In this document: piece after piece, positions 27,079 to 38,719 of the stretch | How the letters are laid out: every line of letters starts with the position of its first letter | Numbering within the stretch: the first letter of the stretch is position 1 | Source of the DNA: Candidatus Nomurabacteria bacterium RIFCSPLOWO2_01_FULL_39_18 | GTDB taxonomy: Bacteria > Patescibacteriota > Minisyncoccia > Phycocordibacterales > UBA9973 | DNA: 64,000 nt | Reading direction: 5' to 3' | Assembly (NCBI GenBank): GCA_001787005.1 | Contig: MFUV01000004.1 | Span: forward strand, 911-64,910 | Made by a program: the position numbers and the translations under genes | The notes under the pieces: generated by a model | Database searches by the model: none | Told to the model about the DNA's origin: nothing | The model's input: the letters and a program-made list of their open reading frames with translations, nothing else

Positions 27079-28834
27079 GTATTTTTTTATTTATTTCTTG
27101 ACACTCTTTTAAGATTTGAGACGACCTTTCTTTATCTCCTGCCTGTTCGGCTAAATTTAATTCCCGCATCTTTCCCGCTAATTCTTCTTTGAGAGATTCT
27201 TCTTTTAAATTGCGTAACAATTCTTCTACATCTTTTTTCACATTAATATCTCCTGTCTGCGCAGGCAGGCCTTCATAAAAAACTTCAGCTTCAAAAATTA
27301 AATCATCTTTGTTTTCTTTCACCTTTTCTAAAACTTCATTCCCCGCAACGTTTAAAATCTGCCCAATCTCTTTTAAAATACCGTCGGTATCAAGGATTTG
27401 TTCTTTAAGCGTCCTCTGCCAAAGGATAATGCCCAGTAGCTTGCGCAGAATGTAGTCTTTTCTAAATTTTACCACTTCATTTTTTAAGACTTGTTCCCCA
27501 CCCGACTCGATGACTTCCTCCGTTTGGATGGGAATTTTTCTCAAGTCATCTTCTAGGGCACTCCCTGGGATAGATGATAAATCGCTTATTTTCTTTAAAA
27601 AATGGCTCTTTTCTATCGAGCTTTCTAACGCATCCACAAAAGGCAGTATTACGCTCTTTATTTCTCGTCCAACTTTGCGCATGTCTCCCTTTGAATCTCT
27701 AAGTACTCTCGCTAAGACAAACTCTATTATGTGCTTTGAATTTTTAATTACTTCACGCCACGCGTCTGGACCCCCGCTGATTTTATCCGAGATCAAATCT
27801 GCTGGATCAACACCCTCGGGCATTTCTGCCACTTTCACATCCATGCCTAGTGATAGTGCAATTCTACCAGCTCTGTTCGCAGCATTGAAGCCTGCGCGAT
27901 CTGCATCAAACGCCAGCACAATATTGGAAGAAAGACGGCGAACAAGCCCTAAATTAGTCACAATTTTTTCTTTTGAAATTGTAGAGTCTGCTAGGGCTGT
28001 GCCGGAAGTCGCGATGGTGTTCTTATATCCCGCCTGATGCGACAAAACTAAGTCCATCTGGCCTTCAACTAAAATAGAGAAATTATTCTTGCGAATTGAG
28101 TCTTTCGCCCTATCTAGTCCGTAGAGTACGGCGGATTTGTTGAATATGGGTGTTTCGGGGGAGTTTAAATACTTTGCTCCCTTCCCATCATCTATGAATA
28201 ATCTTCCAGAAAAAGCTATGATGCGCCCGCTTGAATCAGCGATAGGAAACATGATACGCCCGCGAAATCTATCATACATTGCTCTGCTCCTGTCTTCTGG
28301 TTTTTTAGCCAACCCTGCTTTTTCTATTTCCACATCAGAGAAACCCTTTGCTTTTAGATGGTCATAAAGCCTGCGCCAGTCGAGAATGGCGTATCCAATT
28401 CTAAAATCTTTGATGCTTCTCTCTTCCAACCCTCGAGTCCTTAAATATGCCAATACTTCGGCGTTTTCCTTTAAATTATTTTCGAAATATGTAGTTGCTT
28501 CCTCCATTATTCTATATAACTTTTCTTTTTCATCTTCTACCTTCGGATTATATTGCTCGAGCTTAACGCCTGCCTTCTCCGCCAGAAGTTTCAGTGCTCC
28601 TCTGAAATCAAGCCCTTCAAATTCTTCCACAAAAGTAAAGATGTCACCACCGGCCCCGCAACCAAAGCAGTAATAACTCCCTCGGCCAGGCGAAATGAAA
28701 AAGCTGGGTGTTTTTTCATTATGAAACGGGCATTTCGCCTTCAGGTTTGCCCCCGCTTTTTCTAATTTTATGTAAGAAGAGACTACTTCTTCGATTGAAA
28801 GTCTTTCTTTAATTTGTTGAACGGGAGAGTTCAT
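27062..28834 (-). CDS. dnaG: DNA primase
   Basis: CHC2 zinc finger [11 protein letters not shown] and a TOPRIM domain. Overlaps rpoD. Confidence 0.95.
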   Translation of the reverse strand: MNSPVQQIKERLSIEEVVSSYIKLEKAGANLKAKCPFHNEKTPSFFISPGRGSYYCFGCGAGGDIFTFVEEFEGLDFRGALKLLAEKAGVKLEQYNPKVEDEKEKLYRIMEEATTYFENNLKENAEVLAYLRTRGLEERSIKDFRIGYAILDWRRLYDHLKAKGFSDVEIEKAGLAKKPEDRSRAMYDRFRGRIMFPIADSSGRIIAFSGRLFIDDGKGAKYLNSPETPIFNKSAVLYGLDRAKDSIRKNNFSILVEGQMDLVLSHQAGYKNTIATSGTALADSTISKEKIVTNLGLVRRLSSNIVLAFDADRAGFNAANRAGRIALSLGMDVKVAEMPEGVDPADLISDKISGGPDAWREVIKNSKHIIEFVLARVLRDSKGDMRKVGREIKSVILPFVDALESSIEKSHFLKKISDLSSIPGSALEDDLRKIPIQTEEVIESGGEQVLKNEVVKFRKDYILRKLLGIILWQRTLKEQILDTDGILKEIGQILNVAGNEVLEKVKENKDDLIFEAEVFYEGLPAQTGDINVKKDVEELLRNLKEESLKEELAGKMRELNLAEQAGDKERSSQILKECQEINKKIHENKK

Positions 28835-28836
28835 AA

Positions 28837-29901
28837 TTATTTTGTAAATTTGAAGGTGGAAATAATATCTTTTTCTAATTTTGATACCTCTAGATCTTCG
28901 CCAGTAATAATATCTATGACGTAAAAATGACCATTCTTTAAAGCAACAATCTGAAGGCCAGCAACTTCAGGAAAATTAAAACCTCCAATATATGCTTCTT
29001 CGCCACCAAGTATGGTTTTTTCTGGAGCCATTAAATTTTTTGTTAAATCTTTAAGGTTGTTTGCATTAGCACCGTCTATAGAAATAGTGTGCACATCTTT
29101 TATTGAAAGAAAATAAGAAACAGTCAAATCAACCTTTGATGACGAATCTAGGGTTTCATAATTTGTACCAATGGGATTAGTAATCATAAAACCATTCTTA
29201 GTGACTAAAGTTAGAAGTTGTGTGGGATATTTTATTTCAAACCCATATTGAGCATTTGTATACATTTCCCAATTTGAAGTATCCGTTTGTGTTGTCGGTT
29301 CAATAAATTTAAACGTGGAAAGAATTTGATTAACTTCGTTTTTGTATTTCTCGTTCGACAATATTACAAAAGGCTCTTTCGGATAATTAACACAAATATA
29401 ATTATCTGCTATCCTTGGACTACTTTCTATTACAGTTACAACCTCCAGAGACTTGTGCCCTAAAAAATACGAATGAGTGATGGATTCTGGTCCTCCACTT
29501 TCGCCGAAAGTCCATTCTCCACAAGGTCTTTCGGGCCAATTGTAGTCATCAGAAACTATTCCTTTGGGGAAAAAGGTTATTTTAAATATTTCCATATTCG
29601 AAAAAGGGACACTGGAATCAGGTCTAATAAATCTTATTGATCCATCATCAGAAGGTTGGGTTCCACTTTCTCCGACATAAGGTGGGTTCTCTTGAAAATA
29701 TAAATCTTCGGGATACTTAAATTCGAACCCATATAGCTCGTTCGTATAGGTTTTCCAATCCTCGGGGATCGGAGTTGAAACATCTGAAGTTTGTTGATTG
29801 TTGGGCTTCTTAGATACAGCGAAATATCCGCCGATAGCCACTAGAACAACAAGCACTCCAATTAAAACCAGACTTGCAAAACCTTTTTGATTATTTTTCA
29901 T
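28837..29901 (-). CDS. Membrane-anchored or secreted protein with two tandem ~150-aa repeats
   Basis: Each repeat runs from W-TYTN-YGFE[FI]KYP to STFKF. The 209-aa protein at 34701..35330 is a paralogue with the same start MKNNQK and end STFKFTK. Confidence 0.5.
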   Translation of the reverse strand: MKNNQKGFASLVLIGVLVVLVAIGGYFAVSKKPNNQQTSDVSTPIPEDWKTYTNELYGFEFKYPEDLYFQENPPYVGESGTQPSDDGSIRFIRPDSSVPFSNMEIFKITFFPKGIVSDDYNWPERPCGEWTFGESGGPESITHSYFLGHKSLEVVTVIESSPRIADNYICVNYPKEPFVILSNEKYKNEVNQILSTFKFIEPTTQTDTSNWEMYTNAQYGFEIKYPTQLLTLVTKNGFMITNPIGTNYETLDSSSKVDLTVSYFLSIKDVHTISIDGANANNLKDLTKNLMAPEKTILGGEEAYIGGFNFPEVAGLQIVALKNGHFYVIDIITGEDLEVSKLEKDIISTFKFTK

Positions 29902-30052
29902 TTTGTTTTTAGACTAGTTAATAATAAGCTTATAAATTAACAATGCTTGCGACTGCTGATAATTGACATTTAGCTACCCCCTTGCTACACTTTACCCGTA
30001 AATGCTTTCCTTGTCGAAAGCTCCGAGAAACCCCCGCAAGGGGGTTTCGTTT

Positions 30053-30436
30053 TTATACAATCTTCCTTATTTTTGATTTTACCTCTTTTAACTCTTCGTT
30101 TTCTACTTTACCAATAATTCTCAGTAGTCTTTTTGCGTCAAAAAGTCTAACTTGTGACAAGATCGCAGTTGAACCAGAAAAGGAATTTAGTTTGTGATAA
30201 TATTTTCCCTCCTTCTCTTCATTTAATGTTAAAGGAATTCCTAAAAATATATTATTGTTAAATTTTCTGACTATTAAAATGGGTCTTTCAAAACTGGAGT
30301 GCTTCCCATCTTCTTCATCCCCTATGTTTTTACCGATAGATGCAAACCATATGTCTCCTTTGTGAAAGAAAATATTTGATTTCTTGGTTGATAAATCTTT
30401 TTTTAATTTATTCCAATCATCATATTCTTTTTCCAT
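30053..30436 (-). CDS. PemK/MazF-like toxin, solitary
   Basis: Segment KGDIWFASIGKNIGDEEDGKHSSFERPILIVRK. No recognisable antitoxin. Sits immediately after the rpoC stop. Confidence 0.55.
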   Translation of the reverse strand: MEKEYDDWNKLKKDLSTKKSNIFFHKGDIWFASIGKNIGDEEDGKHSSFERPILIVRKFNNNIFLGIPLTLNEEKEGKYYHKLNSFSGSTAILSQVRLFDAKRLLRIIGKVENEELKEVKSKIRKIV

Positions 30437-30449
30437 ATTTTTTGAATTT

Positions 30450-33400
30450 TTATTTCTCTAGCACTACCTTGTTCTTGAACCCCGTCCCAGCTGGAATTAA
30501 TCGCCCGATTATGACATTTTCTTTAAGCCCGCGGAGAGAATCCACCCCGCCCTTGATGGCGTTTTCGATGAGCACGCGATTAGTATTTTGGAATGATGCG
30601 GCCGAGAGCCAGCTTTTAGTGCGAAGTGATACTTCGGTAATACCAAGCACGACGGTCTCTGCCTTAGCTTCTTTGCCATTTATTTTCTCGACTCGGGAGT
30701 TTTCTTCCATGAAAGTAACATTCTCAACAATGTCACCGATAGAGAAGTTAGTCTCACCTGCATCTTTTATTTTTCTGCGAGAAAACATCTGACGGACGAT
30801 TATCTCTGTGTGTTTTCTGGAAATCGAGGCGCTTTGAAGTTCATAAACTTTATTTATTTCTGCGATGATGTATTCTTCAACCAGCTCTTTGCTTCCCAAT
30901 TTAAACATTGAGGCTATGTCTGCTGATCCGTCAGTCAAAAGTTGGCCTTTCTTGATTTTTTCTCCCGCTTTTACTATCGGCATTCGGCGAAAGGCAACTA
31001 TGTATTCAATTTCATTTGGCTTACCATCAAGCTTGGTATCTGATAGCACTTTCATAATTTTTTCCTTTCCATTCTTATCTTTAATTTCTATAACCTCACC
31101 ATCTGTTTCAGAAATAATTGCCGGATTTTTTGGAATCCTTCTTTCGAATATTTCTTCAATACGCGGCAATCCTGTGGTTATGTCAGTACCAGCAACACCA
31201 CCAGCATGGAATGTACGAAGCGTCAGCTGGGTGCCCGGCTCTCCGATGGCCTGAGCTGCGATGATACCTACGGCCTCACCCTGTTCGACAAGGTGATTCC
31301 TGCCTAAATCAAGCCCATAACACATAACGCAGAGGCCGTGAACTGTGCGGCATGTAAGCGGCGAGCGGACAAATACTTCCGTAAAACCGGCTCCTTCAAT
31401 ATTGTATGCTTCCTCTTTAGTGACTAGAAATCCCCTCTTGTAAGCTACTTTGCCATTCTTGTCTTTCAGATCTCCCGCTAGCACTCGTCCGCGGATATTC
31501 TTGGAAAGTGGAATTTCGATTCCAGAAATATTTTCTCTCGTAACTATTTTCCCTTCCTTGGTGCCACAATCCTCTTCTGTGATAACTATATCTTGCGCAA
31601 CATCAACCAATCTTCGGGTTAAATATCCGGCCTTAGCAGTGTTGAGCGCGGTATCTGACGCACCCTTTCTAGCACCATGAGTAATGACGAAATATTCAAT
31701 CGGAGAAAGACCTTCCTGATAACAGGGAATGATTGGAAACTCCAAAGTATTACCCTGGTTGTTTTGGATAAGTCCTATCATGCCTGTCATTTGTATAAGT
31801 GACGACATTGTGCCCCTGGCCTTGGAAGTAAATAAATCATAGGTAGAACCACTTTTATCAAGAGTCTTGGGCAGGATTTTCTCTAAATCCTTTTTTGTGT
31901 GCGTCCAAATTTCAATAATTTTTTGGTATTTTTCTTCCAGAGACAACAGACCCTCGCTCCATTGGGAGATTATTTCTTCTTCTAGTTTTTTACCTTGCGC
32001 TATAATCTTTGGCTTCTCGGCAGGTACGGAAACATTGTCCAGACCCCAAGTAGTGCCGGAAACTGTAGAATATTTAAAGCCAAATGCTTTAATTTTATCT
32101 AGAATTGCCGGAGTATTTTCTACACCGCCATGAATTATAAGTTCATCTAGTAGTGAGGACAACCTTTCTTGAATCATTTCGTCGTTTATATAAGAAAAGT
32201 CATTGGGTAGGATGCTGTTAAAGAGAAGCTTCCCGACGGAAGTGTCGAACATTCCTCCATTAAACTTTTTATATTTATTAGTATCTGTTGCTAGAACTTT
32301 TATTTTAGCTCGGAGAGACACTATTCCGTAGTCATAGGCAGTAATGGCAGCATTCGGGCTAGAAAAATACTTCCCTTCACCCATCTCTCCATCAACATTT
32401 TTCGTCATCCAATAAGATCCCAGCACCATATCCATGCGAGGATGCACTATTAAATCTCCATTTTGCGGTTTGAGCAGATTTTTATTCGCGGCCATTAATT
32501 CTTTCGCTTCGGATTGAGCCTCTTCAAGCAGAGGAACATACACGGCCATTTGGTCTCCGTCGAAATCAGCATTAAAAGCCTGACAAACAAGAGGGTGAAC
32601 CTGAATGGCATTGCCCTCAATCAAAATAGGATTAAAAGCTTGAATACCGAGACGGTGCAGTGTAGGCGCGCGATTTAGAAGAACATATTTGCCTTCGATG
32701 ACTTTCTCCAACATTGCCCAGACTTCCCCCCCGCGTTCTTCTATGAGTTTATTTGCTCCGCGGATATTGAATGCGAGTTCTGCTTGTAAAATTTTAGAAA
32801 TTACAAAAGGCCTGAAAAGCTCGAGCGCCATATGTTTCGGCAATCCGCATTGATTGAGCTTGAGTTCTGGTCCGACAACGATAACAGATCGCCCTGAATA
32901 ATCCACTCGTTTTCCAAGCAGATTTTGGCGGAAAAGACCCTGCTTGGATTTTAGATTGTCTGATAGAGATTTTAGAGGACGCTTTTGAGATTGGCTCATG
33001 GCCGCAGAATCATTCTGCTTGGCTATTGAATTGTCGATTAGCGCGTCTACCGCTTCTTGAATAATTCTTTTTTCATTACGCAAGATTACATCCGGAGCAT
33101 TAATTTCCTTCAGTTTCTTTAAGCGATTATTTCTATTTATAACCCGGCGATAAAGATCGTTCAAATCGCTCGTTGCGTGCCTTCCGCCATCGAGCGCCAC
33201 CATCGGACGAAGCACTGGCGGAATGACGGGAATAATGGTCAAAAACATCCATTCTGGCCGAATTCCGGCATAAGTCATGGCGCGGATTAAAGAAAGCCTT
33301 TTTTGCAACTTTTCTTTTTCAACCACACTTGCTTTCTCAAGCATCTTTTCGGTATGAATTTTCAACTTGTTCAAATCGAGATTTTTAAAAATGGAGTAGA

Positions 33401-34052
33401 TAGCTTCAGCGCCAATGTTGGCCTCGAAACAAGTCCCGTATTTCAAAGAATAATGATGAAAAGATATTTCATTTAAAACTTTCCCTTCGTAAATTTCTCC
33501 AATCTCTTTTTTTGTGACAGAAAGCAAAGTTTTCAATTTTTCTCGAGTTTCATCATCAGCCACATTTTTTAATTTGGCTTTATACTCTTTATCCAGATTT
33601 TGCACGACTGTGGCTTTCTCTTCTTCGTGGACTTTGGTAATTATGTATCCAGCGAAGTATATTACCTTTTCGAGGTCGGTGACTGAAATATTAAGTAAAA
33701 TACTCATCCTGGATGGTACACCACGCAAAAACCAAATGTGAGACACGGGGGTGGAGAGCTCGATATGCCCCATTCTCTCACGCCTGACGATAGATCTGGT
33801 AACTTCTACCCCGCATTTCTCGCAGATTATATCCTTGTAGCGAATTCGGCGATATTTCCCACAATAACATTCGTAATCTTTCTCCGGTCCGAATATTTTC
33901 TCATCAAAGAGGCCTCCGCGCTCAGATCTGCCGGTACGATAGTTTATCGTCTCGGGCTTGGTGACTTCTCCATAAGACCATTCTTTTATTTGAACAGGCG
34001 AAGCAAGCCTTAGCGCAATTTGATCAAATTCAGTTGTGTTTAAAGTTTTCAT
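30450..34052 (-). CDS. rpoC: DNA-directed RNA polymerase beta' subunit
   Basis: 1200 aa containing NADFDGDQM and the other beta' signatures. Confidence 0.97.
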   Translation of the reverse strand: MKTLNTTEFDQIALRLASPVQIKEWSYGEVTKPETINYRTGRSERGGLFDEKIFGPEKDYECYCGKYRRIRYKDIICEKCGVEVTRSIVRRERMGHIELSTPVSHIWFLRGVPSRMSILLNISVTDLEKVIYFAGYIITKVHEEEKATVVQNLDKEYKAKLKNVADDETREKLKTLLSVTKKEIGEIYEGKVLNEISFHHYSLKYGTCFEANIGAEAIYSIFKNLDLNKLKIHTEKMLEKASVVEKEKLQKRLSLIRAMTYAGIRPEWMFLTIIPVIPPVLRPMVALDGGRHATSDLNDLYRRVINRNNRLKKLKEINAPDVILRNEKRIIQEAVDALIDNSIAKQNDSAAMSQSQKRPLKSLSDNLKSKQGLFRQNLLGKRVDYSGRSVIVVGPELKLNQCGLPKHMALELFRPFVISKILQAELAFNIRGANKLIEERGGEVWAMLEKVIEGKYVLLNRAPTLHRLGIQAFNPILIEGNAIQVHPLVCQAFNADFDGDQMAVYVPLLEEAQSEAKELMAANKNLLKPQNGDLIVHPRMDMVLGSYWMTKNVDGEMGEGKYFSSPNAAITAYDYGIVSLRAKIKVLATDTNKYKKFNGGMFDTSVGKLLFNSILPNDFSYINDEMIQERLSSLLDELIIHGGVENTPAILDKIKAFGFKYSTVSGTTWGLDNVSVPAEKPKIIAQGKKLEEEIISQWSEGLLSLEEKYQKIIEIWTHTKKDLEKILPKTLDKSGSTYDLFTSKARGTMSSLIQMTGMIGLIQNNQGNTLEFPIIPCYQEGLSPIEYFVITHGARKGASDTALNTAKAGYLTRRLVDVAQDIVITEEDCGTKEGKIVTRENISGIEIPLSKNIRGRVLAGDLKDKNGKVAYKRGFLVTKEEAYNIEGAGFTEVFVRSPLTCRTVHGLCVMCYGLDLGRNHLVEQGEAVGIIAAQAIGEPGTQLTLRTFHAGGVAGTDITTGLPRIEEIFERRIPKNPAIISETDGEVIEIKDKNGKEKIMKVLSDTKLDGKPNEIEYIVAFRRMPIVKAGEKIKKGQLLTDGSADIASMFKLGSKELVEEYIIAEINKVYELQSASISRKHTEIIVRQMFSRRKIKDAGETNFSIGDIVENVTFMEENSRVEKINGKEAKAETVVLGITEVSLRTKSWLSAASFQNTNRVLIENAIKGGVDSLRGLKENVIIGRLIPAGTGFKNKVVLEK

Positions 34053-34057
34053 GTTTT

Positions 34058-34315
34058 TTATTTATATAAATTGCTGTGGGTGTCGATGAATAAAAATTTA
34101 ATTGCTTCTCCTTGAACTTCATACACAGCTCTCAAGTCCCCTGTTATATTTATACTTCTGTATCCGAGATATTCTCCATGAAGCGGGTGATTGCTCAATT
34201 CTGGTGACAAAGGATTAGCTATGAATATTTTTAACCGTTCGTTAAACTTTGATTTAATTTTTGGGAGTAATTTTTCATACTGCTTGAGAAAACGTTTATG
34301 ATAATCGATTCGCAT
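34058..34315 (-). CDS. YafQ/RelE-family toxin
   Basis: Segment HPLHGEYLGYRSINITGDLRAVYEV. Confidence 0.65.
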   Translation of the reverse strand: MRIDYHKRFLKQYEKLLPKIKSKFNERLKIFIANPLSPELSNHPLHGEYLGYRSINITGDLRAVYEVQGEAIKFLFIDTHSNLYK

Positions 34316-34327
34316 ATATGATTCATA

Positions 34328-34600
34328 CTAGGAATTAAGACTTTTGATCATATCTTCAGCCGTATAGAAGGGTCCGATCATATTCCTTCCTTCACGCGCA
34401 TCTTTAGAAAGTTTTGCAAGAAGTTTCTGTGTTTTTTTATTTAGAACTGGTTCATCAATAAAAGTCACTTGACGTTCATTAATAAACTGCTTAATATTCT
34501 GATTGATAACCGCATTCAAAGACACTCCAAGGGTATGAGCCACTTCATGGGCTTTTTCTTTTAACCTCTTATCGATTTTTATGCTTAACATTGTTTGCAT
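34328..34600 (-). CDS. DinJ/RelB-family antitoxin
   Basis: N-terminus SIKIDKRLKEKAHEVAHTLGVSLNAVINQ is ribbon-helix-helix-like. Confidence 0.6.
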   Translation of the reverse strand: MQTMLSIKIDKRLKEKAHEVAHTLGVSLNAVINQNIKQFINERQVTFIDEPVLNKKTQKLLAKLSKDAREGRNMIGPFYTAEDMIKSLNS

Positions 34601-34700
34601 GGTATTTTATTTTATATTTTTATTAATATCTAAAGTATATACTTTTGATTGATAATGTCAAGACTCATATTTTATGTATTGTTTGTTTAAAGTTTTCATA

Positions 34701-35330
34701 TTATTTCGTAAATTTGAAAGTGGAAAAAATCTTCTGAAAAACCAAACTATTTTGAGGAAAAGTAATTCTAAATACATTTCTTTTTTTGTCTGCAAGAAAA
34801 ACTACTTTTGTTCTATAGTATATTGGTAATTCATACCCCACATACTCACCATATCCGTGATCAACAATAAATTCGTAAGCCAAATTTTCATTATACTTGA
34901 CTTCTTTGATGTCCGAAGTTGCATAACCCATATTTTTATTAAAATTGTAACGAGATTGCGCAATGCTTAACAAGGTTTCTTCTTGTGTCATTGGAAAACT
35001 GCTAGTCCAAATATTTATCTCTTCATTATAACCAAGTTCTTTAGTATTTGAGTCAAGATTATATTTTAATCTAGTTTGTGAATCTACCGGAATGCTTAGA
35101 TTATGCTCATCATCTCTAAGTGTCACATTGCTAGTTAAATAAATGTCGGAATTAAGATCGGGATGATACAACTCGAAATCTTCAGGATACTTTATTTCAT
35201 ATTGATACATGTTATTTTCAAAGGTTTTCCACCTCTTTGTCTGGTCAGTTTTACTAACGACCAAAAAAACAATGATTGCAAATAACGCAACGAGTACTAT
35301 ACCTGCAAAACTTTTTTGATTATTTTTCAT
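34701..35330 (-). CDS. Membrane-anchored or secreted single-domain paralogue of 28837..29901
   Basis: Starts MKNNQKSFAGIVL..., contains YQYEIKYPEDF and ends STFKFTK. Confidence 0.5.
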   Translation of the reverse strand: MKNNQKSFAGIVLVALFAIIVFLVVSKTDQTKRWKTFENNMYQYEIKYPEDFELYHPDLNSDIYLTSNVTLRDDEHNLSIPVDSQTRLKYNLDSNTKELGYNEEINIWTSSFPMTQEETLLSIAQSRYNFNKNMGYATSDIKEVKYNENLAYEFIVDHGYGEYVGYELPIYYRTKVVFLADKKRNVFRITFPQNSLVFQKIFSTFKFTK

Positions 35331-35335
35331 ATTTT

Positions 35336-38300
35336 TTAATTTTCTTTATCGCCCTTTTTCTGTAAATTAACATCAAGGGCAAGACCTCGCAGATAGTTCA
35401 AGAGCACATTGAACGATGCCGGAGAATTTGGCGGTTTGATTATTTCATTTTTGATAATGGAGTCAAAGGTAGCAGAACGTCCCAATATATCATCGGACTT
35501 TACCGTAAGCATCTCACGAAGCGTATAAGCTGCGCCATATCCCTCGAGCGCCCAGACTTCCATTTCTCCGAATCTCTGTCCTCCGCCTTGAGCCTTTCCG
35601 CCAAGAGGTTGTTGAGTAATCAAGGAGTACGGTCCGATCGAGCGCATGTGGATCTTGTCCTCCACCATGTGATGGAGCTTCAGCATGTACAAATATCCGA
35701 CGGCCACATCTTGCTCAAAAGCTTCTCCAGTACGTCCGTCAAAGAGCTTCAGTTTGCCGTTTTCTGGCAATCCTGCTTTTGTTAATTCTTCTTTTATTTC
35801 TTTTTGCGTTGCCCCTAAGAATGGAGGAACTATTGCCTGATAACCAAGGCTGTTGGCTGCCATCCCAAGATGCATTTCAAAGATTTGTCCTAAGTTCATA
35901 CGGGAAGGAACACCAAGAGGAGAAAGTATGATATCAATCGGTGTGCCGTCCTCCGTATAGGGCATGTCTTCTTCCGGAAGAATCATCGAGATAACGCCCT
36001 TATTCCCGTGTCGTCCGGAAAGTTTGTCTCCAACTGAAATATTTCTTATTTGAGCAACTTCAATCACAATCTTTTTGATGATTCCAGCCTCGAGCGAATG
36101 TCCAAGATCACGAGAAAAGATTTTGATTCCGATAATACGCCCTCGCTTGCCGTGTTCCATGCGAAGCGAAGTGTCTTTCACATCACGTGCTTTTTCGGCA
36201 AAGATCGAGCGAAGAAGCCTCTCTTCCGGAGTAAGTTCAGTTTCACCCTTAGGGGTAATTTTACCAACCAAAATATCATTTTCTCTAACCTCTGCTCCGA
36301 TACGGACAATGCCGTCTTCGTCTAAGTCTTTCAATTTGAGCTCTCCGACATTTGGTATGTCACGGGTAGTGATTTCAGGCCCAAGTTTAGTATCGCGAAC
36401 TACGCAAGTAAATTCTTCAACATACACGCTTGTGAACTTGCTCCTCTTTACCAGACGTTCAGAAACAATTATCGCGTCTTCGTAAGTTGAGCCAGACCAA
36501 GACAAAAAGGCGACAAAAATATTCTGTCCTATGGAAATTTGTCCATTCATAGTGCTACTAGTATCTGCGAGCACTGCCCCCTTTTTCACTCTATCACCCA
36601 CGTTCACAAGCGGTCGTTGGTGGAAGACAGCAAAGTTATTGTTTCTCATAAAATTAACGAGAGAGTATGTCTTTTCACTCTTGCCTTTTATGACTATCTT
36701 TTTCGCATCCAAATAGGAAACAACGCCCTCTTCCCCCGCGATAACCAGTCTGCCAGAATCTCTGGACGCTAGTTCTTCTATGCCAGTAGCCACTAGTGGC
36801 ATTTCGGGGATGACGCAAGGGACAGCTTGTTTCTGCATGTTCGAGCCCATCAGCGCGCGGTTTGCATTATTATGCTCCAAGAAAGGAATCATGGAAGTTG
36901 CCATAGAAAAAGCTTGATTGGTGGCAACGTCGATAAAATCAACTTCGTTTGCGGGTATGGTGCCCGGCTCGGTTTTGATTCTAGCTTCAACTTTCTCCTC
37001 CGTGATCTTCCCATTTTCGTCATAAGGGATTCCGGCATGCGCAATGTTATATTTCTCTTCTTCAAGCGCGTTTAAATAGACTATCTCGTGAGTAATTTTT
37101 CCATTCTTCACTTTTATGTAGGGAGTTTCAATAATTCCAAATTCATTGATTCTAGCGTAAGTGGAAAGATGTAGAATCAGTCCGATGTTGGGCCCCTCAG
37201 GGGTATGAATCGGGCAAACTCGACCGTAGTGAGAAGGGTGCACATCACGAACCTCGAGCCCCGCACGCTCTCTGGTGAGGCCACCAGGCCCGAGCGCAGA
37301 TAGGAGACGGATATGTTCAGTTTCAGCCAGAACGTTTTCCTGGTTCATAAACTGTGAAAGCTGGTTGGTAGTGAAAAATTCTTTAATTCGAGCTTGGAGC
37401 GGACGCTGATTTATGATAGCGATGGGCATCGCCGTATTGACATCAATGATGGACATTCGATCTTGAATGTTTCTTTTAATCTGCATCATGCCGGTACGCA
37501 CTTTCTGCTGAAGTATTTCTCCGACAAATCGCACGCGTCTCTGTCCGAGATGGTCTATGTCATCAGCTTGGGCTCCTGGAGTATTATTCAAGGAAATAAT
37601 ATGCATTATGACAGTCACTAGATCCTCCTTGGAGATAGTGCGGCGCAATAGAGCTTCTTCGTCCATTGGTTTCTCAAAACGTTGGTTAAACCTGAATCGT
37701 CCCACCGGAGAAAGATCGTATCTCTCCGCGGTAAATAAAGAATTGATAAATTCTTTAGCATTGTCAGCTGTGGCCATGTCCCCATCTCGAAGACGTTTGT
37801 AGATATCAATGTAAGAATCATTTGCATTTTTGGCTGTATCCTTAGCAAGACATGCTTTTATGGCTTCTTCGGCGCCGGGGACTCCCTCGCCCTTTAGAGA
37901 GAAAGCCTTTAATATTGCTTCATCGTTTTCATAACCCATAACCCGAAGGAGGGCCGTGACTCCGAACTTTCTTTTCTTGTCTATCCTCACATAAATAGCG
38001 CCGTCAGCTTCTGATTCTATTTCAATCCAGACTCCGCGAGCTGGAATGATTTTCGCGCCGAAATACCTGTTGCCCTTGCTCTCTGACTCGGTAAAGAAAA
38101 CTCCGAAGGATCTAGCGAGCTGTGGCACAATGACACGCTCCACGCCATTTATGATAAAAGTACCGTGCGAGGTCATCAGAGGAAGCTCAGACATGAAAAT
38201 TTCCTGCTCTTTGACAGTGCCTAGAATTTTATTGGTCAACTTCACGCGAATCTTTAAAAGCCCTTGGTATGAGAGTTTGTTTATTTTGGTGTCATTCTCG

Positions 38301-38521
38301 TCTTGCTTTGATTCAGAGAGCGAGAAGGATAGAAATTCAAGCTGAAACTTTTTCCCGGAATAGTCCGAGATTGGGGAGAATTCTTTGAAAACTTCGCCAA
38401 TGCCTTTTTCTACTAGCCACGAAAAGGACTTGAGTTGCGCCTCGATTAAATTGGGAAATTCTACGAGAGGCTTTTTGTACCTGGAAAAGTACTTTTTAGG
38501 AAGTTTTGATTGAGCCTGCAT
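35336..38521 (-). CDS. rpoB: DNA-directed RNA polymerase beta subunit
   Basis: 1061 aa with the beta-subunit signatures. Confidence 0.97.
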   Translation of the reverse strand: MQAQSKLPKKYFSRYKKPLVEFPNLIEAQLKSFSWLVEKGIGEVFKEFSPISDYSGKKFQLEFLSFSLSESKQDENDTKINKLSYQGLLKIRVKLTNKILGTVKEQEIFMSELPLMTSHGTFIINGVERVIVPQLARSFGVFFTESESKGNRYFGAKIIPARGVWIEIESEADGAIYVRIDKKRKFGVTALLRVMGYENDEAILKAFSLKGEGVPGAEEAIKACLAKDTAKNANDSYIDIYKRLRDGDMATADNAKEFINSLFTAERYDLSPVGRFRFNQRFEKPMDEEALLRRTISKEDLVTVIMHIISLNNTPGAQADDIDHLGQRRVRFVGEILQQKVRTGMMQIKRNIQDRMSIIDVNTAMPIAIINQRPLQARIKEFFTTNQLSQFMNQENVLAETEHIRLLSALGPGGLTRERAGLEVRDVHPSHYGRVCPIHTPEGPNIGLILHLSTYARINEFGIIETPYIKVKNGKITHEIVYLNALEEEKYNIAHAGIPYDENGKITEEKVEARIKTEPGTIPANEVDFIDVATNQAFSMATSMIPFLEHNNANRALMGSNMQKQAVPCVIPEMPLVATGIEELASRDSGRLVIAGEEGVVSYLDAKKIVIKGKSEKTYSLVNFMRNNNFAVFHQRPLVNVGDRVKKGAVLADTSSTMNGQISIGQNIFVAFLSWSGSTYEDAIIVSERLVKRSKFTSVYVEEFTCVVRDTKLGPEITTRDIPNVGELKLKDLDEDGIVRIGAEVRENDILVGKITPKGETELTPEERLLRSIFAEKARDVKDTSLRMEHGKRGRIIGIKIFSRDLGHSLEAGIIKKIVIEVAQIRNISVGDKLSGRHGNKGVISMILPEEDMPYTEDGTPIDIILSPLGVPSRMNLGQIFEMHLGMAANSLGYQAIVPPFLGATQKEIKEELTKAGLPENGKLKLFDGRTGEAFEQDVAVGYLYMLKLHHMVEDKIHMRSIGPYSLITQQPLGGKAQGGGQRFGEMEVWALEGYGAAYTLREMLTVKSDDILGRSATFDSIIKNEIIKPPNSPASFNVLLNYLRGLALDVNLQKKGDKEN

Positions 38522-38674
38522 AAATAAAAACGCCTTTACGGCTTGTAATTACCTAATAAAAGAGATTGCATCCGATACTCAATCAATGAATCAGGGATAG
38601 CCTACTCTATTTGCACTTTTTTGTCAACTACGGCTGTGGATTGAGCGCATAAAAGTAGATTAAATTAAATAATT

Positions 38675-38708
38675 ACATAAGATTTCTGCATATGCTAGAA
38701 TCTTATGT
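38675..38708. repeat. ~34-bp palindrome (Pal1 family) between regulator P1 and rpoB
   Basis: Sequence acataagatttctgcatatgctagaatcttatgt. Related copies at 39328-39358 and 49216-49244. Confidence 0.5.
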
Positions 38709-38719
38709 ATGCCCCCAAG

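Noticed and set aside
30865-38345. Numerous 60-200-aa ORFs antisense to rpoC and rpoB (e.g. 30865..31254, 36075..36485).
   Set aside because: They lie entirely inside strongly supported long genes on the opposite strand and are low-complexity. Typical six-frame noise.
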